DNA of 64,000 nt, taken from assembly GCF_020745735.1 (NCBI RefSeq), contig NC_083408.1:81126484-81190483 (forward strand), written 5' to 3'. Below are positions 63,566-64,000 of the stretch, piece by piece. The DNA comes from Hemiscyllium ocellatum (taxonomy: Eukaryota). Positions within the stretch are counted from its first letter, which is position 1, and every line of letters begins with the position of its first letter. The notes beneath the pieces were generated by a model, which saw only the letters and a list, made by a program, of their open reading frames with translations, was not told the origin of the DNA and made no database searches. A program made the position numbers and the translations under genes.

Positions 63566-64000
63566 CACCAGTAACCAAGATTGATACAGTCGGAGCAAAT
63601 TCTAGTTTGTCTAGTTAGCATCTTACTACAAATTTTGTGGTGGTTTTCGTTCTTTCAGAAAGCATGAAAGTACTTTGTCGGTGTCATCTTTGGAGATCAC
63701 TTATCAGTCAAAGAAAACTATATTGGGAATGAATATTAAATATTCCCTTTGGTTGTCTAGGCACACATGATGTATTTAATAATTCTGAGTGAGGAATAAA
63801 TTGCTATTTAATTCTAGTTTTTTATAAACAGACAAATTAGGAATTAGGAACACTTGGCCCCTTGAATTTGTGCTGCAATTAAAAAAAATCCAACTTGTGG
63901 CAGATTTCATTATTCCACCTTACCACATCCCATCATAACGTTTTAAATGGGTAGTTCCTTATGTTGAAACTGTGACACCTTGTTCTAGATTATTCTACAA

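Overview
Eukaryotic, repeat-rich vertebrate DNA. The HE1/V-SINE and HER1/CR1-type repeats point to a shark (elasmobranch); this is inference. The window holds the conserved block KLHDC1(-, exon 1 only) / POLE2(+, 19 coding exons, 526 aa, one AT-AC U12 intron) / DNAAF2-kintoun(+, 3 exons, 912 aa) / MGAT2(-, single exon, 435 aa). Introns and intergenic DNA are packed with decayed CR1 LINEs, tRNA-derived SINEs, Penelope-like elements (PLEs; RT/GIY-YIG), a probable solo LTR and a TA-flanked MITE. The most interesting signal is non-coding: about 10 copies of two co-varying families of minimal type-I hammerhead ribozyme motifs in PLE termini. Several lie in short fold-back insertions with 11-14 bp TSDs. 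One lies in a ~160-nt hairpin beside the MGAT2 promoter. A 65-nt insertion begins exactly at the predicted cleavage site. No prokaryotic systems, CRISPR arrays, rRNA or true tRNA genes were seen. Repeat boundaries are approximate unless a TSD is given.
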